IMG/VR virus record: IMGVR_UViG_3300020319_000010 | Span: 1 to 30,903 of that record | DNA length: 30,903 bases | From: a virus | Lineage: Duplodnaviria > Caudoviricetes | Direction: 5' to 3' (one strand) | Program-made: the position numbers and the translations under genes | Part shown: positions 17,801 to 25,594 of the stretch, one piece after another | Layout of the letters: every line of letters begins with the position of its first letter | Numbering within the stretch: position 1 is the stretch's first letter | Notes under the pieces: generated by a model | Told to the model about the DNA's origin: nothing | What the model saw: only the letters and a program-made list of their open reading frames with translations | Database searches by the model: none

Positions 17801-19890
17801 TTACACAAGGTGCTTCATCTCCACATGATGTCACAGTTGATACTGTGTCAGGAATGGTTATCGGTGCTAACGTCATCATTGGTAATGAGATGTTTAGTGT
17901 TGTATCATTCCCAACAGCGTCATCTGTTAGATTGAATCGTGCTCAGGAAGGTACAAGTGCTCAAGGACATACATCGGGTGCTACAATTACAATCCTACAG
18001 CAGAAGGTTGCTTCTCAGGATGAGGTTATTGCAGACTTTGATGATGCCACACAAACTATTCGTGTTAAGGCAGCAGGTATTGGTTTTGCTGCTACTGACT
18101 ACGTTAAGATTGATAATGAATTTATGAAGGTTACCTCTGCTGCTGCGGATACAACAGGTATTACAATCCTTCAATTTGCTGATGAGAAAACAATTGGTGC
18201 TGGTGATGGTCAATCATTTAAGACTCGTTACAAGTATTCACAGGTACGTCTAACTGCTCATGACTTCCTAGACGTTGGTACAGGAAATAGAGCACAAACA
18301 AACTGGCCATTCTTACCTAATCAGGTAAATGTTCCTTCACAAGAGATTGATGAAACTCGTCCAGGTCGTGTTTACTACGTCTCTACTGACCAAGATGGTA
18401 ACTTTGCTGTTGGTAAGTTCTTTAAGGTTGAACAGGCGACTGGTAAGGCGACTCTAGACGCTTCTGCGTTTGACTTGACTGGTCTATCATCCTTAAGATT
18501 GGGTTCTATCGGTGCTCAGTTAGGTGCTTCTATTAATGAATTCTCAACAGACGGAACTCTTTCACAAAATAGTGATGTTAAAGTTCCAACTCAGAAGGCA
18601 GTTAGAACATACGTTGGAGCATTAGACACTATTGGTGGTAACTTAACAGTTAAAGGTGACTTGAATGTTCAAGGATCTACAACAACAGTAGATTCCGTTG
18701 CTGTTATAGCAAAGGATAAGAACATTGAACTTGGTTCAGTTACTTCTGGAACTTTCACTGGTAACATTACTGCTGCATCAAATCAAATTACAAATTGTAG
18801 TGATACAAGTAATCTTGCACCAGGCGTTGTTGTTACATTAACTGGTGGTGGTGCTAGTGTAACACTATCTGGTACTGTTAAGGTTTCTACTCTAAGTGGA
18901 ACCACTGTAACACTTGATTCATCATTCGGTGGATCTGGATCTGCTACTGCTGCTACATTAACTGCTGGTGGTGCTACAGATGTTACCGCCGATGGAGGTG
19001 GTATCACCTTGAAGGGAAATAACGACAAGAATTTCTACTGGAGTGATACTACAGATTCTTGGACTTCTAATCAGAAGATGGATCTTCTTACTGGTAATTC
19101 TTATAGTATTAATGGTACTACTGTTCTAAGTGCTTCTCAAGTACTTGGTAAGACTATTGGTGGAGCATCTAGTGGTGATATTGTTAACCTTGAGTCTGCA
19201 CAGTCTCTAAGCAATAAAACAATTGCTGGTCTTGTATTAACTGGATCACTAACTGCTGGTGGTGGTACTGGTACTAACGGTCAGTATCTACAAACTACTT
19301 CTACTGGAATTCAGTGGGCAACACTTTCTGTTGATCCTTCTGCTATTACTGCTGGTAACTCAAATGTTACTGTTGCAAACAACTCTAATATCACATTACA
19401 GACAGCAGGTGGTAACACAGCAACATATGACACATCTGGAAATCTTACAATTCCTGGATCACTGACTGCTGGTTCACTTATAGTCAGCTCAGGATTCTCT
19501 AAATTACAATTAAAAGAATCAGTATCAGATACTGCTAATGGTATATCTGGTAACTTCAACTTTGATCTTGCTACCCACCAAGTTATGCATTGGCGTGGTG
19601 ATGCTTCTTCTGACTTTGTTGTTAACTTCAGATTTGATGGCAGTAATAATTTAACATCAAAGGTTGTTTCTGGTGAGTCTGTAACTGCTACTCTAATCAC
19701 AAGGAATGGTGGTACTGCTAGGAAGTTAACTGATGTTAATATTGATGGTAATGGAACATCAGAAAGATACTTAGGTGGTTTTGGTGCTCCTACTGGAACT
19801 GCAAACGCATGGGATGTATATACATTTACATTAGTTAAAGATGGTGGCGGTGGATGGAATGTTTATGTTTCTTACAACTACTACACATAA
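14848..19890 (+). CDS. Long tail fibre-like protein: 5 CBM5/12-like repeats, beta-helix region and distal fibre domains (1680 aa)
   Basis: N-terminal W....Y..GD.V...G..Y repeats; VYYVAETGDD.NNG...AFKTI.YA..VYVKAG.YEE; long shared block with the 731-aa protein; C-terminal DVYTFTLVK.G...W domain. Confidence 0.85.
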   Translation: MADFRLGRLKFNWKGNWTTSTAFVIDDIVKYGANAYVCTTNHTSAANENLFYSSDLSNWSLHTEGTLSKGDWAATTWYKINDVVKYGNSQYRVTTGHTSGTTFSDTNFSTYLEGLKFEDSWVAQTTYQIGDIVTFKGYTYSAKTNHTGQTATPNLDTTNWVVVTTGFSAQGDYGVSTAYAPGDVVRFGGYSYVCTVSTTGNAPTATAYWKLLVEGFKWTGAWSAATVYQKGDIVNRNSNTYICITSGTTGAAQAPELDTNGNYWNYIAQGGAAAQVLQETGDLLYQAAGGINRISLPAGSTGTATEQAAASGQVLTVGGSPLLPRWETNNTTTSVYYVAETGDDGNNGLQISRAFKTIHYAMDYITALTGANKPSATNPVSVYVKAGIYEESLPIHIPAFVSVIGDNIRNTIVKPIAGNSDQITITVAALTSFRRGDIVENDTGTKTIKVLDVNAAKTEVIALTVSGGLWTTSDKYVDVLSNKHGDASDLLTSNAEFLAHEAYHRHVANNGAVSGTEASVKARLQALVGDFAYNMKSGGNNKVHAYGTAYVGGSAITGNAGQDGILVGYLDTVGAEVIQNITVTKSAGNTKTQTAFGGTSDTANPKCATQTSALNTFATIITTAITNGNMSHSSSTDGYKAISAVTNQINSEATMFYVATHNIIKDLVMEGMTGFVPDGSNDKNIEVATTKGVYIRLDPASAITRSPYIQNCSAIGGAAVGALIDGDAHAHFDGSPTPSFKSMCFDAFTQVLEGGVGFWCKGTAAAEIVSSFTYYAHISYMSTGGARIRAVSGNSSYGKYGCLSRGFDAAEATINGTVGGKMLTTDPQGAASGSFTINERISGGTSNAIGELRSDQNSTAQKLYYIPIKGTFQQGELITGATSGATATLVNNTDAVRGQLGFLVVAEGLSSAPDQGGSVEYVDNGSNNDAGSYVISSSSYSGPDGRGNLVVTRAQLGSTAAAHEGVSTIAWWDNVGTTATIQANITQGASSPHDVTVDTVSGMVIGANVIIGNEMFSVVSFPTASSVRLNRAQEGTSAQGHTSGATITILQQKVASQDEVIADFDDATQTIRVKAAGIGFAATDYVKIDNEFMKVTSAAADTTGITILQFADEKTIGAGDGQSFKTRYKYSQVRLTAHDFLDVGTGNRAQTNWPFLPNQVNVPSQEIDETRPGRVYYVSTDQDGNFAVGKFFKVEQATGKATLDASAFDLTGLSSLRLGSIGAQLGASINEFSTDGTLSQNSDVKVPTQKAVRTYVGALDTIGGNLTVKGDLNVQGSTTTVDSVAVIAKDKNIELGSVTSGTFTGNITAASNQITNCSDTSNLAPGVVVTLTGGGASVTLSGTVKVSTLSGTTVTLDSSFGGSGSATAATLTAGGATDVTADGGGITLKGNNDKNFYWSDTTDSWTSNQKMDLLTGNSYSINGTTVLSASQVLGKTIGGASSGDIVNLESAQSLSNKTIAGLVLTGSLTAGGGTGTNGQYLQTTSTGIQWATLSVDPSAITAGNSNVTVANNSNITLQTAGGNTATYDTSGNLTIPGSLTAGSLIVSSGFSKLQLKESVSDTANGISGNFNFDLATHQVMHWRGDASSDFVVNFRFDGSNNLTSKVVSGESVTATLITRNGGTARKLTDVNIDGNGTSERYLGGFGAPTGTANAWDVYTFTLVKDGGGGWNVYVSYNYYT

Positions 19891-19899
19891 TTAAAGAAT

Positions 19900-20892
19900 A
19901 TGGCACAACATAGAGCTGGTCAAGCAATCATGGGTCACGCCATGCCTAACTCCAGAGGTACAAATGCTTCTGGACAAAATAGGTGTGGCGAATGGTCAAG
20001 ATCTAGAATCATTACTCATGGATACACTGGTGGTGGTTATAAAGATTCTAGTCCTTGGAGAAATGTAAACAGAACACAACATAATAATGATACATCAACT
20101 GACCTAGGTGATAAAATGTCTAAAGCTATGGCATATGGTGATGGTGGTTCTAGTGATACTAATTTTTATGTATTTGGTATGGATAATGGTTTTGACGGAA
20201 ATAATAATGATGTTTGGAGAATGCAGATGAGCACTGAGACAGGAACTGATATGAATGATACTATGGGTTCTGACAAACAAGATTTAGGAGTATTCCTAGA
20301 TTATCATCATGGAGGAGGAAACCTTTATACTATGGGTGGTAATAATAATACTGTTGATAGGTTTGCCATGAACAATCATGCTCGTTCAGCTGCTAATACT
20401 TCTTCTAGTGGTGGGCATTATACTGCTTCTGCTCAAGGAAGATTAAGAGGATGGACTAGTATTGATAGTGCTAAAGAGTACTATGTTTTTAGTACTAATA
20501 CTTGGGCTACTTGGAGTGGTACAGTACCAGGAACTGATGGATGGGGTAAAGCAAACTCAACTTATTTTGGTAATTTTTATATGAAGAATCAAGGAAACTG
20601 CGGACAACCCATTTGTAAACATAATGATACTACAGGTTCTCAGATTTCTGTATATAATGTTGATAGCTCTGGTGAGGAAAACTATCAGATGGGAACATAT
20701 AAAGGTTATTGTTTAGGACATTATGATGGTGCTCAGAATAATCAATCATATAAAATGAGTTACACCTCTGATACATATGCTATGAGTAGTAGTGCAGAAC
20801 CTGGTGGACACGCTGGAATGTCTTCTGCTGGTATGGGACATGCATGTACCTTTGTAAATACCTCATATGGTGTTACTCCACCTTCTTATTAA
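19900..20892 (+). CDS. Kelch-like beta-propeller protein (330 aa)
   Basis: About six blade-like units (GYTGGG..VNRT, FYVFG..VWRM, LYTMGG..VDRF, GWTS..EYYVF..NTW, FYMK..ICKH, GYCLG..SYKM); G/N/S/T/D-rich. Confidence 0.65.
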   Translation: MAQHRAGQAIMGHAMPNSRGTNASGQNRCGEWSRSRIITHGYTGGGYKDSSPWRNVNRTQHNNDTSTDLGDKMSKAMAYGDGGSSDTNFYVFGMDNGFDGNNNDVWRMQMSTETGTDMNDTMGSDKQDLGVFLDYHHGGGNLYTMGGNNNTVDRFAMNNHARSAANTSSSGGHYTASAQGRLRGWTSIDSAKEYYVFSTNTWATWSGTVPGTDGWGKANSTYFGNFYMKNQGNCGQPICKHNDTTGSQISVYNVDSSGEENYQMGTYKGYCLGHYDGAQNNQSYKMSYTSDTYAMSSSAEPGGHAGMSSAGMGHACTFVNTSYGVTPPSY

Positions 20893-20912
20893 AGATATAA
20901 AAGATTTTAAAA

Positions 20913-21500
20913 ATGGCTAAAAAGTATTTTCTTGTACATTTAGATGACTTACCAGAAACATGGCGTGATGGTCATAGTACACCATTGACCATGCATAATT
21001 CTAAAGTATGGTTTGCTATATGTGGATGTGAAGAATCAGATTATGATGCAGTTATTACACCACTTAAAGCATCTAAACCTATTGAAGATATAGTAGACGA
21101 AGATACTGCTGTTACAGCAAGTCGTTGTTGGGCTGATGTTAGGGAAAAAAGAAGTTTATATCAAGGAGATAGTGATGTTGATAGATATGCAGATGGAACT
21201 TCTGGAAAAATTAAAATAGAAATCACTGATGATATGAGATCAAAAACTCTTACAGTGATGAAACAATCAGCTAAAATGCTGGTTCAACTGGCAATTGATA
21301 GTGGTGATAGTGATCCATATAACTCATCATTATTGACAGACATTGAAAATAGTGCTACAATAACACAGATAAATATAATATATGAAAACTTTCTTGGAGC
21401 AGAACTTCCAAGAAAAGATGCCACTGATTTGAATTTATATGAAAGCGATGGAATCACCAGAAAATTTACTACGACAAGAAACAAACCGTCTTTCCTCTAG
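20913..21500 (+). CDS. Hypothetical protein (195 aa)
   Basis: Intact ORF in the operon with typical codon usage; no family recognised. Confidence 0.75.
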   Translation: MAKKYFLVHLDDLPETWRDGHSTPLTMHNSKVWFAICGCEESDYDAVITPLKASKPIEDIVDEDTAVTASRCWADVREKRSLYQGDSDVDRYADGTSGKIKIEITDDMRSKTLTVMKQSAKMLVQLAIDSGDSDPYNSSLLTDIENSATITQINIIYENFLGAELPRKDATDLNLYESDGITRKFTTTRNKPSFL

Positions 21501-22194
21501 TAGAGATGCAATTGATGATTGGATAATTGATCATGCAACAAATGTTCCTTATGGACAATCAGAATATCAATGTCGTAATTTTGTTTTAGAATCAAATCCT
21601 ACAAAATATGCTGCTATTAGACAAGCTTGTTTAGAAATAAGTTCAAGAGAACAAGCAATAGAGAGGATTAAAATTAATAAAAGAAAGAGTGATACTAGGC
21701 TCAAAATTTTAGAAAAAGAAAAGGCATCAGAATCTGATGATTTAAAACAGGAATTAATACAATGTGAAATTGATATGGAATGTATTGATAATAAAGTACA
21801 TGAGAAAAAACTTCTTCAAGGTTATCAAGAGCAAAGTTATTTTTTAGATTACATCAAAGAAGAATGTGGTGATAATCAAGAAGAGATTTTAAAATCATTA
21901 AGTGGTAATAAACAAGAAGAAGATAAGTATTGGATTGCTAGAATGGCAAAACAATCTGCTGTTGATATGGTTTCTACTGGAACAATTAGTATGGGAAATG
22001 TGGAGTCTATTCTTCAAATGCCAGAAAAACATCAAAAAGGAGTACTCAATGCAGCATTGAGATATAGTGGTGTTGTTGCAACTGGAATAGATCGTTTAAG
22101 ATCAGAATCAGAATCAGAAATTAAATACCTTGATAAGGATACTAGTACTAGAAGTAAACTGTTAACAGATCAATCTAGTTTAAAGAATGAATAA
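21439..22194 (+). CDS. Coiled-coil hypothetical protein (~250 aa), possible chaperone/scaffold
   Basis: QSEYQCRNFV...PT.Y...RQ..LE...R followed by a long charged helical stretch; start at 21439 or 21448, overlapping the upstream gene. Confidence 0.75.
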   Translation: MKAMESPENLLRQETNRLSSSRDAIDDWIIDHATNVPYGQSEYQCRNFVLESNPTKYAAIRQACLEISSREQAIERIKINKRKSDTRLKILEKEKASESDDLKQELIQCEIDMECIDNKVHEKKLLQGYQEQSYFLDYIKEECGDNQEEILKSLSGNKQEEDKYWIARMAKQSAVDMVSTGTISMGNVESILQMPEKHQKGVLNAALRYSGVVATGIDRLRSESESEIKYLDKDTSTRSKLLTDQSSLKNE

Positions 22195-23869
22195 GGTTTT
22201 TAGCCTGCCGATAAATCCAAAATTTAATCCACAATTTATTGAAACAAAATTTTTAGATTTTCTAAAAACAAATAAAGATTATATATTTGATTTATATTTC
22301 ACTTGTAGAATCCCACCTTTTACTCAGGATGCTATGGGTGAAGTTTTTGTGTCTGAAAATGTAGAAATGGACATGATCGGGATGGCAAAATGGTTGAGTG
22401 ATGAGAGTGGAATTCCTCTATCAGCAACCTTCAATAACATATATGTTCGTCCAGATCAAAGAAACTTAGAAATATGGATTGGTTTCTTTAAACAATTATA
22501 TGATTTAGGTATTAGAATAGTTACTTTACCTCACACATCGTGGGTCATGACTGGTGAGATACAGAAAGAATTTCCAGAACTTTATATTAAAAATACTATA
22601 CTCAGAGAAGTAACAAGACCTAATGAGGTAGTTGAACTTGCAAAGGCAGGTTTTCATTATATCAATCTTGACAGAGATTTGATGCGTGATAGAGATAGAT
22701 TATTAGAAATTAAAGAAGCAAAAGAATACTGTGCAGAACAAGGATATCCTATTAAATTATCTTTACTGACTAATGAAGGATGTTGGGGTAACTGCCCTAT
22801 TATGCCAGAGCATTATCATTATAATAATACTAGAGGTGGTGATATTCCTCAGTATTTTAACAGTAGAATTAGTAGAGTTAGTTGTAGTAAATGGGATGCA
22901 CTTGATGGTGCAGCTGCACTTAAGGCAGCAAATCTACCTCCTTGGAGAAGTGATTGGGAAGAGTTCCTTGATCTTGGTATAGATGTATTCAAGATGCATG
23001 GTAGAGAGTCTATGACTAGACTTTCAGAAACTATGGATATAATTAATAGGTGGAGATTAGATAAAGAAACATTATTTCCTCAGTATAAAGAATACATTGA
23101 GGACGTAGATCTTAAAGAAAGACCTATTGATGTATGGAGAGAAAAGATTAAAACATGTCAATTTAATTGTTGGAAATGTAATTACTGTGATCTAGTATAT
23201 AAATCTGGTAAAGGTAATAATAAAGTAAATCCAAAAGTACAATTTATTATAGATTCAATTGACAAAGCAGAAAGATCTGAGAGTAATTACACTGGAATTC
23301 ATATAGAATCACTAACTTCTAATATCACTAGACATTTTTTAAATAATATATGTTCATATCAAAACACAAAGTATTTGGAAGTAGGAGTTTATGCAGGAGG
23401 AACTTTTTATTCTGCACTACAAAATAATAATATTAAGGGATATGCTATTGATGATTTTGAAAAAGCATATGCTCCTTGGAGAGATGATATTGAATTTAAA
23501 GTACATAAAGATCCTAGGAAAGCATTCTTACAACCACCTTGGTGGCCAGATAAAAGATATGATTTTGAATTGTTTGAAGGAAAAATTGTTGATGCAACTT
23601 TACCAGAAAAATGTAATGCTATATTTTATGACGCAGATCATGATCCCATTCAACAGTATCAAAACTTAGCTCATCTATTGCAATTTTTTGATGATGAGTT
23701 TATACTCATGGTAGATGATGCTAACATGCAAGGTGTGGTAGAATCAGTAGAAGACTTTGTTAAACACAAAAAATTAAAAGTGATCTTTGAAAAAAAGATA
23801 CTTACAGACATTCCAGAAGATAAACATTCTTGGTGGAATGGTATATACATTTTGTTATTACAAAAATGA
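22187..23869 (+). CDS. U32-family-like Cys-rich (putative Fe-S) enzyme fused to a class I SAM-dependent methyltransferase (560 aa)
   Basis: N-terminal domain: INLDRDLMRD, NEGCWGNCP..EHY, GIDVFKMHGR, CQFNCWKCNYC. C-terminal domain: YLEVGVYAGGT (motif I), AIDDF, IFYDADH, LMVDD (Methyltransf_24-like). Confidence 0.75.
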   Translation: MNKVFSLPINPKFNPQFIETKFLDFLKTNKDYIFDLYFTCRIPPFTQDAMGEVFVSENVEMDMIGMAKWLSDESGIPLSATFNNIYVRPDQRNLEIWIGFFKQLYDLGIRIVTLPHTSWVMTGEIQKEFPELYIKNTILREVTRPNEVVELAKAGFHYINLDRDLMRDRDRLLEIKEAKEYCAEQGYPIKLSLLTNEGCWGNCPIMPEHYHYNNTRGGDIPQYFNSRISRVSCSKWDALDGAAALKAANLPPWRSDWEEFLDLGIDVFKMHGRESMTRLSETMDIINRWRLDKETLFPQYKEYIEDVDLKERPIDVWREKIKTCQFNCWKCNYCDLVYKSGKGNNKVNPKVQFIIDSIDKAERSESNYTGIHIESLTSNITRHFLNNICSYQNTKYLEVGVYAGGTFYSALQNNNIKGYAIDDFEKAYAPWRDDIEFKVHKDPRKAFLQPPWWPDKRYDFELFEGKIVDATLPEKCNAIFYDADHDPIQQYQNLAHLLQFFDDEFILMVDDANMQGVVESVEDFVKHKKLKVIFEKKILTDIPEDKHSWWNGIYILLLQK

Positions 23870-24384
23870 TTGATATAGTTGACAATTACTTACCAGAAAA
23901 ACAATTCTTTGAGTTGTTTAATCATATGAAAGATTTTTCATTTGATTGGCATCTAAGTGGGATTGTCAATACTGAAATTCCGAGTGATCCAATTCGTAAT
24001 TGGCAATTTTGTCATCTTTTTTATCGTATGCATCAACATAACTCACGTACATTTTCCATGATGCTTCCTATCTTGGAAAAAATAAACCCTGTTGGTCTGA
24101 TAAGAATCAAAGCAAATTTATCATTAGCTACAACAGAGATTGAGGAAGGTGGAATGCATATTGATCTGATTGATGAAGATACTCCAGATTGTGTTAGAAC
24201 ATCTATACTCTATATGAATACTAATGATGGATACACACTTTTTGAGGATGGAACTAAAGTTGAATCTGTTATGAATAGACTAGTCACATTTCCTCACACT
24301 ATGAAACACGCAGGTACTACTTGCACAGATGTTCCTTTTAGAATGGTTATTAACTTCAATTATATTACTAGTACTAAATTATGA
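23866..24384 (+). CDS. Putative 2OG-Fe(II) oxygenase (172 aa)
   Basis: Start most likely the ATG at 23866 (ATGA overlap); RIKANL, HID, TSILYMNTNDGYT.F, NRLVTFP...KHAG, RMVINFNY: HxD...H plus distal Arg. Confidence 0.8.
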   Translation: MIDIVDNYLPEKQFFELFNHMKDFSFDWHLSGIVNTEIPSDPIRNWQFCHLFYRMHQHNSRTFSMMLPILEKINPVGLIRIKANLSLATTEIEEGGMHIDLIDEDTPDCVRTSILYMNTNDGYTLFEDGTKVESVMNRLVTFPHTMKHAGTTCTDVPFRMVINFNYITSTKL

Positions 24385-24752
24385 TTAAAAAACTATTTAA
24401 AAAATACTTAAACCTTATCAAAAAGGTTGATGAAAGGCACTACTGGCCTCTGTTTATATTCCTATCATGTTACTTTGTTGTACCATATAGTGAGTTTGTT
24501 ATCACAGCACTCATCATATTATACTTTAAGTTTGAAGGTGCATTCCGTAAGATAGGTGGTAGGTTAATCAAACCATTTCCAGAGTGGATCAGATTTAGTG
24601 GATCAGCAATTTTCTTTATTGTTATGTTAGATGATACACTTGCATACTTAAGTATCATAGCAGTTGGTATCTGGACTAATAGACAACTTAAGAAAGAAAA
24701 GGAATTAGAAGAGAAGCAAGCAAAGGAAGATCAAGACAAGGGATTACTTTGA
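24381..24752 (+). CDS. Small membrane protein (123 aa)
   Basis: ATGA coupling; several hydrophobic segments with basic and charged termini. Confidence 0.7.
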   Translation: MIKKLFKKYLNLIKKVDERHYWPLFIFLSCYFVVPYSEFVITALIILYFKFEGAFRKIGGRLIKPFPEWIRFSGSAIFFIVMLDDTLAYLSIIAVGIWTNRQLKKEKELEEKQAKEDQDKGLL

Positions 24753-24760
24753 TATAAATA
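24753..24760 (+). promoter_or_regulatory. T4-type late promoter TATAAATA for gp13
   Basis: Exact consensus 27 nt before the gp13 ATG. Confidence 0.85.
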
Positions 24761-24787
24761 CATCTAGGAAAATTGTAGGTAGATGTT

Positions 24788-25594
24788 ATGGCAGAACCTG
24801 CCAGTAGAGCTGAATTCAAAGATTACTGTCTTAGAAAGTTAGGTTTCCCAGTCCTAGAGATCAATGTTGATGATGATCAGATAGAGGATTCAATAGACGA
24901 TGCACTTCAGTATTATCGTATGAGACACTACGATGGTACTGAACTTGCTTATATGAAGCATTTCTTCACTGCTGCTGATGAGACAAAATTTGAAACACAG
25001 AACACAACAACCACTCTAGCTAGTGGTACAAAATGGGAAGTTAGAGATAGATATCTTGAATTACCTGCGGATGTAGTTGGTGTGACTAAAGTATTTGGTC
25101 TTTCTAGTAATGCGATTAGAAATAATTTGTTTGGTATTGAGTATCAGATCTTTTTGAATGATCTATATGCTGTAGGTTCTCTTGACTTCCTTAACTATTA
25201 TATGGTTAAGACATGGATGGAAACTATGGACATGGTACTTAACAATGGTGCTTTTGTTCAATTTAGATTCAATATGAGACAGGATAGATTATATCTTGAT
25301 GTTGGTAAAGACATGTTAGATGAAGATGTACATGTCATTGTTGAATGTCATAGAGCATTAGATCCTGATACATTTACTCAAGTCTATAGTGACATCTTCC
25401 TAAAAAAATATGCTACTGCTCTTATAAAAAGGCAGTGGGGACAGAACCTAATTAAGTTTAATGGTATTCAACTTCCTGGTGGAGTTGCCATTAATGGTAG
25501 AGAAATCTTTGAAGACGCTCAAAAAGAAATTGCTGAGATAGAAGAGAAGTCATTTACCACATACGAATTACCACCATTTGATATGATCGGATGA
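24788..25594 (+). CDS. gp13: Neck protein (T4 gp13 homologue)
   Basis: LRKLG.PV.EINV...QI.D.IDDALQ...H.DG and YATALIKRQWGQNL.KF.GIQLPGGV.ING; synteny with gp14-16. Confidence 0.95.
   Translation: MAEPASRAEFKDYCLRKLGFPVLEINVDDDQIEDSIDDALQYYRMRHYDGTELAYMKHFFTAADETKFETQNTTTTLASGTKWEVRDRYLELPADVVGVTKVFGLSSNAIRNNLFGIEYQIFLNDLYAVGSLDFLNYYMVKTWMETMDMVLNNGAFVQFRFNMRQDRLYLDVGKDMLDEDVHVIVECHRALDPDTFTQVYSDIFLKKYATALIKRQWGQNLIKFNGIQLPGGVAINGREIFEDAQKEIAEIEEKSFTTYELPPFDMIG

Noticed and set aside
22101-22119. ATCAGA x3 microsatellite
   Set aside because: Short in-frame repeat encoding SESESE; no sign of phase variation.
23156-23188. Radical SAM enzyme call from CxxxCxxC
   Set aside because: The motif lies at the end of the domain and has a fourth Cys. 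Radical SAM motifs normally sit near the start of the barrel, and the other motifs fit a U32-like family better.
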